This document shows, in pieces, positions 38,028 through 47,259 of a stretch of DNA of 64,000 bases. Source of the stretch: a virus. Lineage: Duplodnaviria > Caudoviricetes. The DNA is taken from positions 771 through 64,770 of IMG/VR virus record IMGVR_UViG_3300011952_000001. One strand, 5' to 3'. The stretch's first letter is position 1, and the number at the start of each line of letters is the position of its first letter. The notes under the pieces are model-generated. The model had not been told where the DNA came from. It saw only the letters and a program-made list of their open reading frames with translations, and did no database searches. The translations under genes and the position numbers were made by a program.

Positions 38028-39359
38028 ATGAGTATGGCACGTAGAAAAACGCATGAAGAGTTTGTTGCGGAGGTTAGGGCGCTTGTTGGCGATGAATACA
38101 CAGTGTTAGGGACTTATATAAAAGGTAGTACGAAGATAAAAATGTTACATGAAAATTGTAGGAAAGAGTATGATGTCACGCCGCACGGTTTTTTAACAGG
38201 AAGACGTTGCCCTAATTGCCGCACAAACGCAAAAAAGACAACAGAAAAGTTCCGAGAAGAAGTAAGAGCATTAGTTGGGGAAGAGTATATTGTTTTAGAT
38301 GAATATGATGGAGCTGACACAGCAATAAAGATAAAACACATGTTTTGTGGGGCAGTAAACTTGCAAAAACCATCAAACTTCTTAAGTGGAAAAAGGTGCA
38401 AACAGTGTGCAAAAGGAAAGGCAGCGAAAACAAGATTAAAAAATACAGAAAAGATATTTCTTGAAAAAATGAAAACCACAGAGTTTATAGTGGTATCAGC
38501 TTATCGAGGAAGCGACATGCCAGTAACTTTAAGGCATAAGTGCGGACGAGAAGTTGTAGTTAATGCAGCGTACACTTCGAAAGTGTTATGTCCGAGATGC
38601 ACAATAAGTCATTCAAAAAAACTAAATTCAAGTGATTTTAGAGAGTATATAAAAGAGACTAGAGGATCTGAGTATGAATTACTTGGTGAGTACACTAATG
38701 CGCACGAAAAAACAGCTATAAGACATATAAGTTGTGGATTTGTATGGCATGTCACTCCAAGTAAATTTAAAGAAGGTACTAAGTGTCCAAAGTGTGCTAA
38801 AGTTCTACCGTTATCCTCAGATAGATTAAAAGAATTCATCAAAGAAGTAGGGTTGTCAGATGAATATCAGGTTTTAAATGAATTTGATAGTGGGAAAGTA
38901 GAGGCGATTTTATACCACAATACTTGCGGAAGTTCATATAGCACAAAGGCGATCTATTTTAGAAGAGGAAGCAGGTGTCCGGTTTGTAATGAATCTAAAG
39001 GAGAACGTGCTATAAGAGTGTTTCTACAGAGGAACTACGTAAAGTTTAAAGCGCAAGAACCATTAGAAGGATGCGTTGATAAACAACCTCTTCCGTTTGA
39101 TTTTGTTATTAAGAACCACAATCAGATTTTAGCGATAGAGTTTGACGGAGAGGAACATTATAAACCTATAGAATTTTTTGGTGGACTTAAAAAATATGCA
39201 GACAGAACGAGAAAAGACGCAATAAAAACGCAATATTGCGCCGACAACGGAATACCTCTCATACGCATACCGTATTGGGATTTCGATAATATCGACGCAA
39301 TATTAACGGAGAAATTGTTGCCGTTAATTAAACATACCACGAATCGTAAAATCGCTTAA
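38028..39359 (+). CDS. Zinc-ribbon-repeat protein with C-terminal Vsr-like / PD-(D/E)XK nuclease (homing-endonuclease-like)
   Basis: Five ~60-aa repeats (EY..LG.Y......I...H..C......P..F..G.RCP.C); C-terminal SKGE..I...L, LPFDF, IEFDGEEH, LIRIPYW. Confidence 0.82.
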   Translation: MSMARRKTHEEFVAEVRALVGDEYTVLGTYIKGSTKIKMLHENCRKEYDVTPHGFLTGRRCPNCRTNAKKTTEKFREEVRALVGEEYIVLDEYDGADTAIKIKHMFCGAVNLQKPSNFLSGKRCKQCAKGKAAKTRLKNTEKIFLEKMKTTEFIVVSAYRGSDMPVTLRHKCGREVVVNAAYTSKVLCPRCTISHSKKLNSSDFREYIKETRGSEYELLGEYTNAHEKTAIRHISCGFVWHVTPSKFKEGTKCPKCAKVLPLSSDRLKEFIKEVGLSDEYQVLNEFDSGKVEAILYHNTCGSSYSTKAIYFRRGSRCPVCNESKGERAIRVFLQRNYVKFKAQEPLEGCVDKQPLPFDFVIKNHNQILAIEFDGEEHYKPIEFFGGLKKYADRTRKDAIKTQYCADNGIPLIRIPYWDFDNIDAILTEKLLPLIKHTTNRKIA

Positions 39360-39972
39360 TAGCAGTGTATCCAACTACGTTTATAATCGTATCAATTTCA
39401 CGGTGAGGATATTCAGTAGTGTCATATTTAGCACTAATTATTTCATGCGTATGTTTGGACGTTGTACCGAATTTATCGTAAATATCCCGCAATAATCTGG
39501 CAAGAAAGTCAGGACTTAGTTTCATAATACGATCTGCTAAAGTCTTTTCTTGAAATTCATTCCTAGGCTTACTGCTTCTGCGAGACTTTAATTTATTTTT
39601 TCGTATAAGAAATTCGTCATAAGATTTGATATCTCCTTTGATTATCTCTTGCCTTAAACTCTCGTCAGTTGTTGGGCTTATTACAGCATAGCGAAGATTG
39701 CCCCCTAAAGAGTCAAGGCTCATCTGGACGTCAAAAGGTAAAGAGTAATAATTATCAGCGTACTTTCTAAATTTTAAAGCTCGATTATTCGGAATGTTAG
39801 TCAACTTAACGAATTCGTCATACCTATCCGGAATTTCCTCAAAAACTTGATTTAATATTCGTCCAAGGAGGATATGGTCAGATTTATCGGATTCTAAAAA
39901 TATGTTGTATAAATTATCAAACATAACAAAACCCCATATTCGGTTAGTAAAATGTGGTGTAAGGATGGTCAA
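39328..39972 (-). CDS. Hypothetical accessory protein, weak DUF3102-like N-terminal pattern
   Basis: AT-rich ORF; ILLGRILNQV...YDEFVKLTNIPNNRALKFRKYA; likely ATG start at ~39924. Confidence 0.55.
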   Translation of the reverse strand: MTILTPHFTNRIWGFVMFDNLYNIFLESDKSDHILLGRILNQVFEEIPDRYDEFVKLTNIPNNRALKFRKYADNYYSLPFDVQMSLDSLGGNLRYAVISPTTDESLRQEIIKGDIKSYDEFLIRKNKLKSRRSSKPRNEFQEKTLADRIMKLSPDFLARLLRDIYDKFGTTSKHTHEIISAKYDTTEYPHREIDTIINVVGYTAIKRFYDSWYV

Positions 39973-39984
39973 TAATCAAGAAGA

Positions 39985-40359
39985 TCAATTCTCGAAATGT
40001 TTGCGAATTTTAGCAGGTAACTGCGTAGTATCAGCAGTATCGTAGTAATTAAACGTGTCAGCTAATAGGGATGCAAAGTCTTTGTAAGAATCTAGGATTT
40101 TGTTAAAAGCCATAACATCGACTTGAGGGTAGGACTGTATTAGCTTAAACGGTAAAAGTCGCGAATACACAATTAAATCGTATTCTAAATCAATAAGATC
40201 TTGCTTTCCAGGGTCTTGGTTTTTCTTAAACGCAGTAGCGTACTTCTCTAGTCTTTCCAAGATAGAACCAATAAATTCAATATCTCGTTTTTCCGAAAGC
40301 AAAATAAGCGCATCTCGCATTACAGTGTCTTGGTTATGGTCGTGGATCATTTTAGTCAT
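39985..40359 (-). CDS. Hypothetical accessory protein (helical)
   Basis: RBS GGAG; own promoter TTGACA-18-TATAGT at 40433-40404. Confidence 0.62.
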   Translation of the reverse strand: MTKMIHDHNQDTVMRDALILLSEKRDIEFIGSILERLEKYATAFKKNQDPGKQDLIDLEYDLIVYSRLLPFKLIQSYPQVDVMAFNKILDSYKDFASLLADTFNYYDTADTTQLPAKIRKHFEN

Positions 40360-40559
40360 CTCCGTAAATTAGTTTTGGCACAGCGCTGTTGTCCTTGCCT
40401 AAAACTATACGCAGACGATTTTCAGAATGTCAAGCGATAATTTTAATCGAATTTACGCAGTAAATTTTACCATGCGCATACACACGTATAGGCGAGTAAT
40501 AACGCAATGCTGACGCTAATTTGAATTTCGTAATGGCTACGAAGATATTCCGCACAAAC

Positions 40560-40970
40560 TTCGTCCGTCCTATCGAGCGCAGACCGTGTCGCCCGTTAGT
40601 AAGTCCGCCGCCTGGTGCGGATTTGAAAGCGGTCGGCATCCGGAACGGTTTCTGATTGCCTCGACGCCAGTCTACGGAAACGCAACGGTGAGAACGACTG
40701 ATAATCGTTCAAGATACGTTCGGGCTGTCGTAGAGGAGCGCGCCAATCGGACGCTCGATAGGGCGGTACGAATCGTCCTTGACGCCGATCCAGTCATCGG
40801 CAACTGACGCCTTCAGGCGGTTTCACTTATCAACTGACAGCGGCGAGTTGACGCTGTCAGTCGGTAAATGCGTCCGTTATGCCCATTCGCTTTAATGCGG
40901 TCATCATTCCGACTGCACCTACGAAAAGGCAGCGAGGGCTCGTACGGTAACGGGCGCATTTACGGACGGT
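40560..40970 (+). ncRNA. Large multi-domain structured RNA (unidentified family)
   Basis: 18-bp helix 40562-40579/40752-40770; 15-bp helix 40865-40879/40948-40962; perfect 10-bp hairpin 40833-40861; several nested hairpins; G-U pairs favour the + strand; GC-rich with no RBS-backed ORF. Confidence 0.78.
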
Positions 40971-41028
40971 GATTAAGACGTTGCGTAACGCAAACCATCC
41001 GAAACAATTACGAAGCGAGGCGGTACAA

Positions 41029-41259
41029 ATGGCGAATACAAAGGCAGAGGTATTAGCGGAGATTATCGCTTATAGTGGCGAAATTTATCGCGCAAATGAA
41101 AGTATCGAACACCTCTTAGAGCAACTATTTATGGCGAAGGAACAAGTCGCTAATATTGAGCAGAACATCGAAGAAAAGGAATCGGCAAGTGAGCGAGCAG
41201 AAGCGCTGTTAGGTGTAGCTGCAGCGCAATTAGCGAAATTAAACGCAGAAGGAGCGTGA
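41029..41259 (+). CDS. Small coiled-coil protein
   Basis: ATG 41029 behind GAGGCGG; first gene after the ncRNA. Confidence 0.65.
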   Translation: MANTKAEVLAEIIAYSGEIYRANESIEHLLEQLFMAKEQVANIEQNIEEKESASERAEALLGVAAAQLAKLNAEGA

Positions 41260-41263
41260 TTGA

Positions 41264-41368
41264 ATGAGATTTATCGACCATGTACGGAAAGTAACGGCGG
41301 AGACTCCGCAAAACAAACTGACGAAGGCGCAGCAAAGACTGATTCGTGCGGTAGCTAACCGGAAATAG
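41264..41368 (+). CDS. 34-aa basic peptide
   Basis: MRFIDHVRKVTAETPQNKLTKAQQRLIRAVANRK; RBS AAGGAG. Confidence 0.5.
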   Translation: MRFIDHVRKVTAETPQNKLTKAQQRLIRAVANRK

Positions 41369-41426
41369 TGCAAAAACAAAAAGTGTGCAAGCCCACGAAT
41401 AAAAACGAAAAGGGGACGATTTATTA

Positions 41427-42170
41427 ATGACTCAATTTACAAACGGAATGGACGCATTAAACGCACTTAACGAAACGAACGATGGCGGAAGCAGTCGCGA
41501 ATTTACTTCGCTTAAATCTGGCTCGAAATATATCGTTCGTGTAATCGATAAAGCTGCAGTTCAAATGGCGTATAGCTACGGAATTTTTAAGCAAATCAAT
41601 TCATTTGTCGCAAAGGAGCCGTCAACTAAATCGCAGAAAGGCTACCCAACAGCGAATTTGACGCCGTGGGATAAAGCGTGGAAGTATCACAAGGATTTAT
41701 CGAACGACTTTAACGATGAACACGGACAAGAGGCGAGCAAGTATCGCGCTAAGGTTCGATTTGCTATGGCGTTCTTTGACCTCGATCAAGGCGAATATAT
41801 CATCGTTGATGTATCGAAGAAACAGGCGCAAGCAATCGCTGCAGTCATCGCCAAGAACGAGAAGAAGCTCGGCAATAAAGCGTTCGAACTCGAAAAGGTC
41901 GGTACGGGAACGTCAACGAGCGTAATGCTGTCGCCATTAGACCTTGATGATTTAACGGACAAGCAACGCGCTAACTTCGATAAAGCGCCAGCCGAATTTG
42001 ACCACGCTATATTTGACGGCATTTGGTACGAGCAGGACGAAGCACAACAAGTCGCTCTACTCCGTCAAGCGGGCTTCGATGTAACGAAGATTGGTTATAG
42101 CGCTGCGCCGGATGCGGCTGAAACTGGCGAAGATACTCCGAATGAGGACGAAGAACCTTTACCGTTCTAA
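41427..42170 (+). CDS. Single-stranded DNA-binding protein (T4 gp32-like, putative)
   Basis: FTSLKSG...VRV pattern; acidic C-terminal tail ending EDEEPLPF. Confidence 0.72.
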   Translation: MTQFTNGMDALNALNETNDGGSSREFTSLKSGSKYIVRVIDKAAVQMAYSYGIFKQINSFVAKEPSTKSQKGYPTANLTPWDKAWKYHKDLSNDFNDEHGQEASKYRAKVRFAMAFFDLDQGEYIIVDVSKKQAQAIAAVIAKNEKKLGNKAFELEKVGTGTSTSVMLSPLDLDDLTDKQRANFDKAPAEFDHAIFDGIWYEQDEAQQVALLRQAGFDVTKIGYSAAPDAAETGEDTPNEDEEPLPF

Positions 42171-42190
42171 TCCGAGGAGGTGACGCAGTT

Positions 42191-42601
42191 ATGACGCAAA
42201 ATGCAGAAAGCGCACAATTAAGCACAAGCACAATCGGACGTCACTCGGAACTACTCGCAATGGCTGCGTTATTAGCGGATGGCTGGTCGGTATCAGAGCC
42301 GACCGTGCCGGAAGCGCACGATTTGCTGGCGGTAAAAGGCGAGCAGTCATTACGGATACAAGTCAAGACGATTAAAATGCGCGAGAAGTCAGGGCGTCCG
42401 TATTACGTTATACGCGGTCTGAAAAATAGTGGTCAAGCATACGACACTACGGATTGCGACGTATTTATCGGAGTTGTAGGCGAACACGTCTATATGACGC
42501 CATGTACGGGATTGACGGATTACTGGTGCGGAACTGACGAAGCAAGCGAGAAGTGGCGTTACTTACCATTAAAAATTACGGAAAAGGGAGCGATTAATTA
42601 A
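42191..42601 (+). CDS. PD-(D/E)XK endonuclease (PDDEXK_5 / I-Ssp6803I-like)
   Basis: GRHSEL...G..VS.P......DL......RIQVKT...Y...DCDVFI. Confidence 0.8.
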   Translation: MTQNAESAQLSTSTIGRHSELLAMAALLADGWSVSEPTVPEAHDLLAVKGEQSLRIQVKTIKMREKSGRPYYVIRGLKNSGQAYDTTDCDVFIGVVGEHVYMTPCTGLTDYWCGTDEASEKWRYLPLKITEKGAIN

Positions 42602-42602
42602 T

Positions 42603-44006
42603 ATGGCGAAATTAAACGTTAAAGTTTTAGATATGCAAAACGGAGAAATTACGAAGGTTGCGTATGAAGGTGCGGAGTATGCGAAGGTCGAGAGTAATGC
42701 TTTAATCGGAGATTTAGCGCTTTGCGTAAATGAGACGCCGTTCTTTACAGTCGGAGAATTTTATTTAGCGTGGGATTTATACGAAAATGGCGAACCTCGA
42801 ATGAAAGACGATGCTGACGATAACTACCAAATGAGACAAGGAACGTACGTATTATTCCGCAAAATCTCCGCAGACAAGCCAACGTTAGAGCAGAGAGTAG
42901 AGACGTTGGAGAGCGATGTTGCTGCGTTGAAGGGCGAGAAGGAAGCATCGTCTATTCTTGCAGTAGGTGAACGGGTTTATACTAGCGGAAGTTCAAAGTG
43001 GGGACGTGACTGTGACGGTAAAACAGGCACAATCGAAGAAAACGACTTAAATAACGGTCATTACTACGTGCAATTAGACGATGGTCGGGGCGTTTATTTG
43101 AAACCGACGCAAGTTAAGAAGTTCGAAGAAACTATCGAATTTGAAGGCGCAACATATTGCAAAGTTGAGCGTGAGGCTCGCGAAGGGGATGTCGTGATTA
43201 GTAACGCAAAATCATCTAGTTTTGTAACTAAAGGAAAACCGTACAAAGTTACGAGTAGCGATGGAGATTTGATTCTAAACGGAGGCACCTCGCATGCAAT
43301 CGATCTTTATAATGTAGGACGCACACGTGAAACTGTCGACGTTTATGAGCCGATTGAGCAGGCGAAATATGTTCCGAAAGAGGGCGATATTGTCGTGATT
43401 ACGGGGAATACGTCTAGTCACACAAATAGCATCGGAGATATCGGAAAAGTCGGCAAGGAGGAGCCGTTAGATGACGGTGGAGTTAAAGTTTATGTACCCG
43501 GAGGTCCGTTGTGTGCAATCCGAACAAAACCTTGCGATATCCGCAAAGCAACGCCAGCAGAAGTCGAAAAATACGAGCAGGCGATGAAAGACGCAAACAA
43601 GCCGAAATTAAAGGCGGGCGATTACGTTAAGATTACACGCGAACTTTCACATTACGACAATAACGGAGCATATGAAATTGTAGAGAAAAACGGAAACTTA
43701 GGCGTAATTGATGAAGATGGCGACTTTAACAGCGGCGCTATTACTGCAGGCGAATACGAAATTGTTGATGCTGAAACGGCAAAATGGGCGAAGATTGGTC
43801 GTAAGCCTAACGAGTTTAAGAAGGGCGATGTTGTGCGAGTGCTAGGCGTATGTAGTGGACATGAAATCGCTGGTCAGTTAGGAGAAATCGTAATCGCAGA
43901 CGGAACAGATCAACCGTCAGTACGCGCTGTATATAATGACGAATTAATCGAGTTATGGACTCGCGTAGAACTTGTAGCGCCGGTAGAATCGCTATTCAAC
44001 GCATAA
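42603..44006 (+). CDS. Multi-module hypothetical protein with repeated SH3/KOW-like units
   Basis: Repeated (K/V)xGDxVx(I/V) units: VGERV, REGDVV, KEGDIV, KAGDYV, KKGDVV. Confidence 0.65.
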   Translation: MAKLNVKVLDMQNGEITKVAYEGAEYAKVESNALIGDLALCVNETPFFTVGEFYLAWDLYENGEPRMKDDADDNYQMRQGTYVLFRKISADKPTLEQRVETLESDVAALKGEKEASSILAVGERVYTSGSSKWGRDCDGKTGTIEENDLNNGHYYVQLDDGRGVYLKPTQVKKFEETIEFEGATYCKVEREAREGDVVISNAKSSSFVTKGKPYKVTSSDGDLILNGGTSHAIDLYNVGRTRETVDVYEPIEQAKYVPKEGDIVVITGNTSSHTNSIGDIGKVGKEEPLDDGGVKVYVPGGPLCAIRTKPCDIRKATPAEVEKYEQAMKDANKPKLKAGDYVKITRELSHYDNNGAYEIVEKNGNLGVIDEDGDFNSGAITAGEYEIVDAETAKWAKIGRKPNEFKKGDVVRVLGVCSGHEIAGQLGEIVIADGTDQPSVRAVYNDELIELWTRVELVAPVESLFNA

Positions 44007-44037
44007 ACAACGCTAAATGAAAAGGAGGTGAGGCGGT

Positions 44038-46155
44038 ATGAAGCTCGATATTAAACTGAAAAGCGCAACGGCTTCCGCCTCAACCGAAGCCTTGCGTGAG
44101 GCAAGCAAACGGAAAGCTAGCGCTAATGAAACGATGGAGGACGCTTGGGCGCGTATATTAAAGCAGAAGAATAGCGATGCTGACTTGCGAAAGTTGCGAG
44201 AGGTTAAGCGTGCTATGGACGCAGGGCTAATCGGAAGGGAAGCAGATAAAGCGACTAAGCGATTTAGCAAGGCGGAGGCTATTCGATTGTATGCGGTACT
44301 ATTCGAACAGCAACGCGAAGGAAAGCTGGCGGAATTAGTCGCAAATACTCCGAGCAATTACGTGTTAGTTACCGATGAACAAGCGTTAAAGCAAGTCGTA
44401 GCCGACGCATTAAAAGAGCCGATCATTGCGGTTGATACGGAGACAACCGGATTAGACGTATATGTTGACGTGATTGTCGGTGTATCGCTGACGCTTCCTT
44501 CTATCGATAAGCACTATTATATTCCGTTTGAGCCGACGCAAGATGAACGCGCTTTGCCTTCGGAAAAGATTGACGAGCTTAAGCCGTTGATGGAATCGCA
44601 GTCTGTTGCGAAGGTATTGCATAACGCGCTGTACGATAAGGCGATGTTTGAGCGACATGGAATAAAGTTGAACAGCGTTGTTTGGGACACAATGAGCGCA
44701 ATGCACGTTCTTAACGAGAACGAAGCGTCCTATGCACTTAAAAACTTAGCTACAGCGTATTTAAACGAGCCAAGCGATACATTCTCGGAACTATTCGGAC
44801 GTGACGCGAAGTTCGCTGAGGTTCCACTAGATGTTGCGCTAGTATACGCAGCGAAAGATACGGATTTAACCTGGCGCATGTATCAGTTCCAGCTAAAACA
44901 CTTATCGAAAATGCCGACGGTGCTGGATTATTACAGACGCGTTGAAGTTCCGCTGATGTACGCAGTATACGATATGGAGCGTACAGGCTTCGTAATTGAC
45001 GCAAAATATGCGGAAGAATACGGCAAGCAAATGAGAGAGGAGATTGACGTTCTAGAGGCAGAGTTAACGACGGAGTTAAACGTCGAAAACATTAACTCGA
45101 ATCAGCAGCTTAAGCCAGCGCTTGAAGCGTATATAGGCGAGCAGTTGCCAAATTTAGATGCTAAGAAAACGTTGAAACCACTAAAGAAAAAGCACGCGAT
45201 CATAGCGAAGTTGCTTCGTTATCGTGAATTAGCGAAGTTGTACTCGACGTATATTAGCGTTTTACCTGAAAAGATTCATCCAGTTACAGGCCGACTTCAC
45301 GCCAGATTCAATCCGAACGGGGCGAGAACTGGTAGATTTTCAAGTGGAGGTAACGGCGTGAATTTGCAAAACCAACCGCATGCAGCACGACGATTATTCA
45401 AAGCACCAGAAGGATGTGTCATTATAGGCGGAGATTTCAGTCAACAGGAAGTGCGATGCGCAGCCTATTTTACGAACGAACCAGTATTAAAGACAGCATA
45501 CGCAGAAGGCAAAGACGTCTACTCTTCGCTAGCAAGCGAGTTTTACGGAAAGCCGTACGAGGAATGTGGCGATGGAACTTCGGAACGTAAAGCGATGAAA
45601 GTCGTTGTACTTGCGGTTATGTACGGCATGGGACCGGGTGCACTGGCAGATATGCTCGATATTCCAATAGACGAGGCTAAACGATTCATGGCTGATTTCT
45701 TCGCTAAAATGCCACGCATTCAAGCATGGATTAACGAGACTCAAGCGTTCGCCAAAAAACACGGTTATGTATGGATGGATGGTGAACAGCGAAAACGTCG
45801 ATTACCAGAGGCAAAGCGCAAGGTAAGAGGCTATGATCCAGAAGTCAGCAGAGCATTACGGCAAGGCCCAAATGCACAAATACAAGGAACTTCCGCTATA
45901 CAAGGGAAGGTTACGTTAATAAACTTGCATGAATTTTGTAAGCGCAAAGGATGGCAGCTATTCTGTGTAGTCCATGATGAAACTTTAGTCCTAGCTCCGG
46001 AGGATTTCACACGAGAGGATTTAGCTGAGTTCGAACGAATAATGCTTGAAAGCTATACGTTTGGTGATGTTAAGAATAAAACAGATATCGAGGTTTCACG
46101 AATTTGGGGTGAAGGTGTTTCGCCAGAGGAGTGGTTCAGTGTCGAAGGAAATTAG
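44038..46155 (+). CDS. polA: DNA polymerase family A with 3'-5' exonuclease
   Basis: AVDTETTGL, HNALYD, YAAKD (exo I-III); GRFSS..NLQN, GGDFSQQE (A), KVVVLAVMYG (B), VVHDE (C). Confidence 0.96.
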   Translation: MKLDIKLKSATASASTEALREASKRKASANETMEDAWARILKQKNSDADLRKLREVKRAMDAGLIGREADKATKRFSKAEAIRLYAVLFEQQREGKLAELVANTPSNYVLVTDEQALKQVVADALKEPIIAVDTETTGLDVYVDVIVGVSLTLPSIDKHYYIPFEPTQDERALPSEKIDELKPLMESQSVAKVLHNALYDKAMFERHGIKLNSVVWDTMSAMHVLNENEASYALKNLATAYLNEPSDTFSELFGRDAKFAEVPLDVALVYAAKDTDLTWRMYQFQLKHLSKMPTVLDYYRRVEVPLMYAVYDMERTGFVIDAKYAEEYGKQMREEIDVLEAELTTELNVENINSNQQLKPALEAYIGEQLPNLDAKKTLKPLKKKHAIIAKLLRYRELAKLYSTYISVLPEKIHPVTGRLHARFNPNGARTGRFSSGGNGVNLQNQPHAARRLFKAPEGCVIIGGDFSQQEVRCAAYFTNEPVLKTAYAEGKDVYSSLASEFYGKPYEECGDGTSERKAMKVVVLAVMYGMGPGALADMLDIPIDEAKRFMADFFAKMPRIQAWINETQAFAKKHGYVWMDGEQRKRRLPEAKRKVRGYDPEVSRALRQGPNAQIQGTSAIQGKVTLINLHEFCKRKGWQLFCVVHDETLVLAPEDFTREDLAEFERIMLESYTFGDVKNKTDIEVSRIWGEGVSPEEWFSVEGN

Positions 46156-46768
46156 ACTAGGAGGAAAGTACGGAGAAGGTCGCGTCGCTATAGTCGATGA
46201 CGATGATTATGAGCGTGTTTCTAAATATAATTGGTGGTGTAATAACGAAGGATACGCAGTCGCTAAGCGTAGAATCAACGGAAGATTTAAGCAAATTAAA
46301 ATGCATCGATTTATACTGTGCGAGCCGGAAGGTAAGATAGTAGATCATGCGAATCGAGATAGGCTAGATAATCGCAAAGTGAATCTGCGTATAACAGATA
46401 AAAGTGGCAACGCATGGAATAAAAAGAAAGTTCATCAAAGTCCTTACAAATATAAAGGTATTGGAATTGAAAAACGCGGTCCAACACCAAGATACAAAGC
46501 ACGTGTAGCAGTATACAACGAACGAATCTCATTAGGAGCGTATTCGACGGAAATTGAAGCAGCTAAGGCGTATAACGTAGCCGCAGAGTTTTTCCAAGGA
46601 GAATATGCGCTACTAAACGATGTGGATTATAAAGGATTTGTAATTGACATAAGTGGGCCAAGCGTCGTATTCGAAAAGATTGTCGCTAATGATATGTATC
46701 GACGATTATTCGACGCAAGACTACTTTCGATTAACGGAGTAACTAGAGATACGGAGGAAATAGCATGA
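46139..46768 (+). CDS. HNH-AP2 homing endonuclease
   Basis: GTG 46139 behind GAGGAG, overlapping the polA end; VDHANRDRLDNRK.NLR; AP2-like LGAY.TE.EAA.AYN.AA. Confidence 0.9.
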   Translation: MSKEIRLGGKYGEGRVAIVDDDDYERVSKYNWWCNNEGYAVAKRRINGRFKQIKMHRFILCEPEGKIVDHANRDRLDNRKVNLRITDKSGNAWNKKKVHQSPYKYKGIGIEKRGPTPRYKARVAVYNERISLGAYSTEIEAAKAYNVAAEFFQGEYALLNDVDYKGFVIDISGPSVVFEKIVANDMYRRLFDARLLSINGVTRDTEEIA

Positions 46769-47061
46769 CAGACGCATTAATGACGCAAATTGAAATCATC
46801 AAACTCGAAAAGGACGGATGCCCACCGTGCAAATGGCTAGGCAGAACTTTAGCTGATAACGCACAACGCCTTGAATCGGAAGGCGCAACGATAACAACGC
46901 TGAACATTAGCGAGAATCCATCGCTAGTCGACGAATACAACATCACTAGCGTGCCAGTCCTCGTATTCAAACGAAACGGCATCGAAATAACGCGAGTTCC
47001 CGGCAATGTCAACTTTGACGACGTGTTAGCTGCGATTGAGTTTGCGAAATTTAAGAAGTAG
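46765..47061 (+). CDS. Thioredoxin
   Basis: CPPC active site; ITSVPVLVF cis-Pro motif. Confidence 0.88.
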   Translation: MTDALMTQIEIIKLEKDGCPPCKWLGRTLADNAQRLESEGATITTLNISENPSLVDEYNITSVPVLVFKRNGIEITRVPGNVNFDDVLAAIEFAKFKK

Positions 47062-47073
47062 GAGGCGAGCAGT

Positions 47074-47259
47074 TTGTACTTAGATTCGGTATGGGTAGTT
47101 GTCGATAAATCTAACGGAAAGATTTACGCAGGATATAAGGCACAAAACGCATATACGACAAAGGGGCGTGCGATTGCTCGATTAAAGGCTCGCCATAAAG
47201 ATAGATGGACGGACTACTACGATGTAGTCAAATTAAAATTACCGAAAGAAGGCGATTAA
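47074..47259 (+). CDS. Small hypothetical protein
   Basis: TTG start behind AGGAGG. Confidence 0.55.
   Translation: MYLDSVWVVVDKSNGKIYAGYKAQNAYTTKGRAIARLKARHKDRWTDYYDVVKLKLPKEGD

Noticed and set aside
40610-40627. TTCAAATCCGCACCA on the minus strand, resembling a tRNA T-loop plus CCA
   Set aside because: No room for T-stem and acceptor stem, and no D or anticodon arms. No tRNA gene was recognised anywhere in the window.
40586-40807. 73-aa + strand ORF (and 40430-40639 minus ORF) over the structured region
   Set aside because: No RBS, atypical composition; long helices explain the sequence better than coding.
40801-40838. CAACTGAC repeated at 30 nt as a possible guide-RNA (CRISPR/TIGR-like) array
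   Set aside because: Only two copies, and no Cas or Nop-domain protein recognised.
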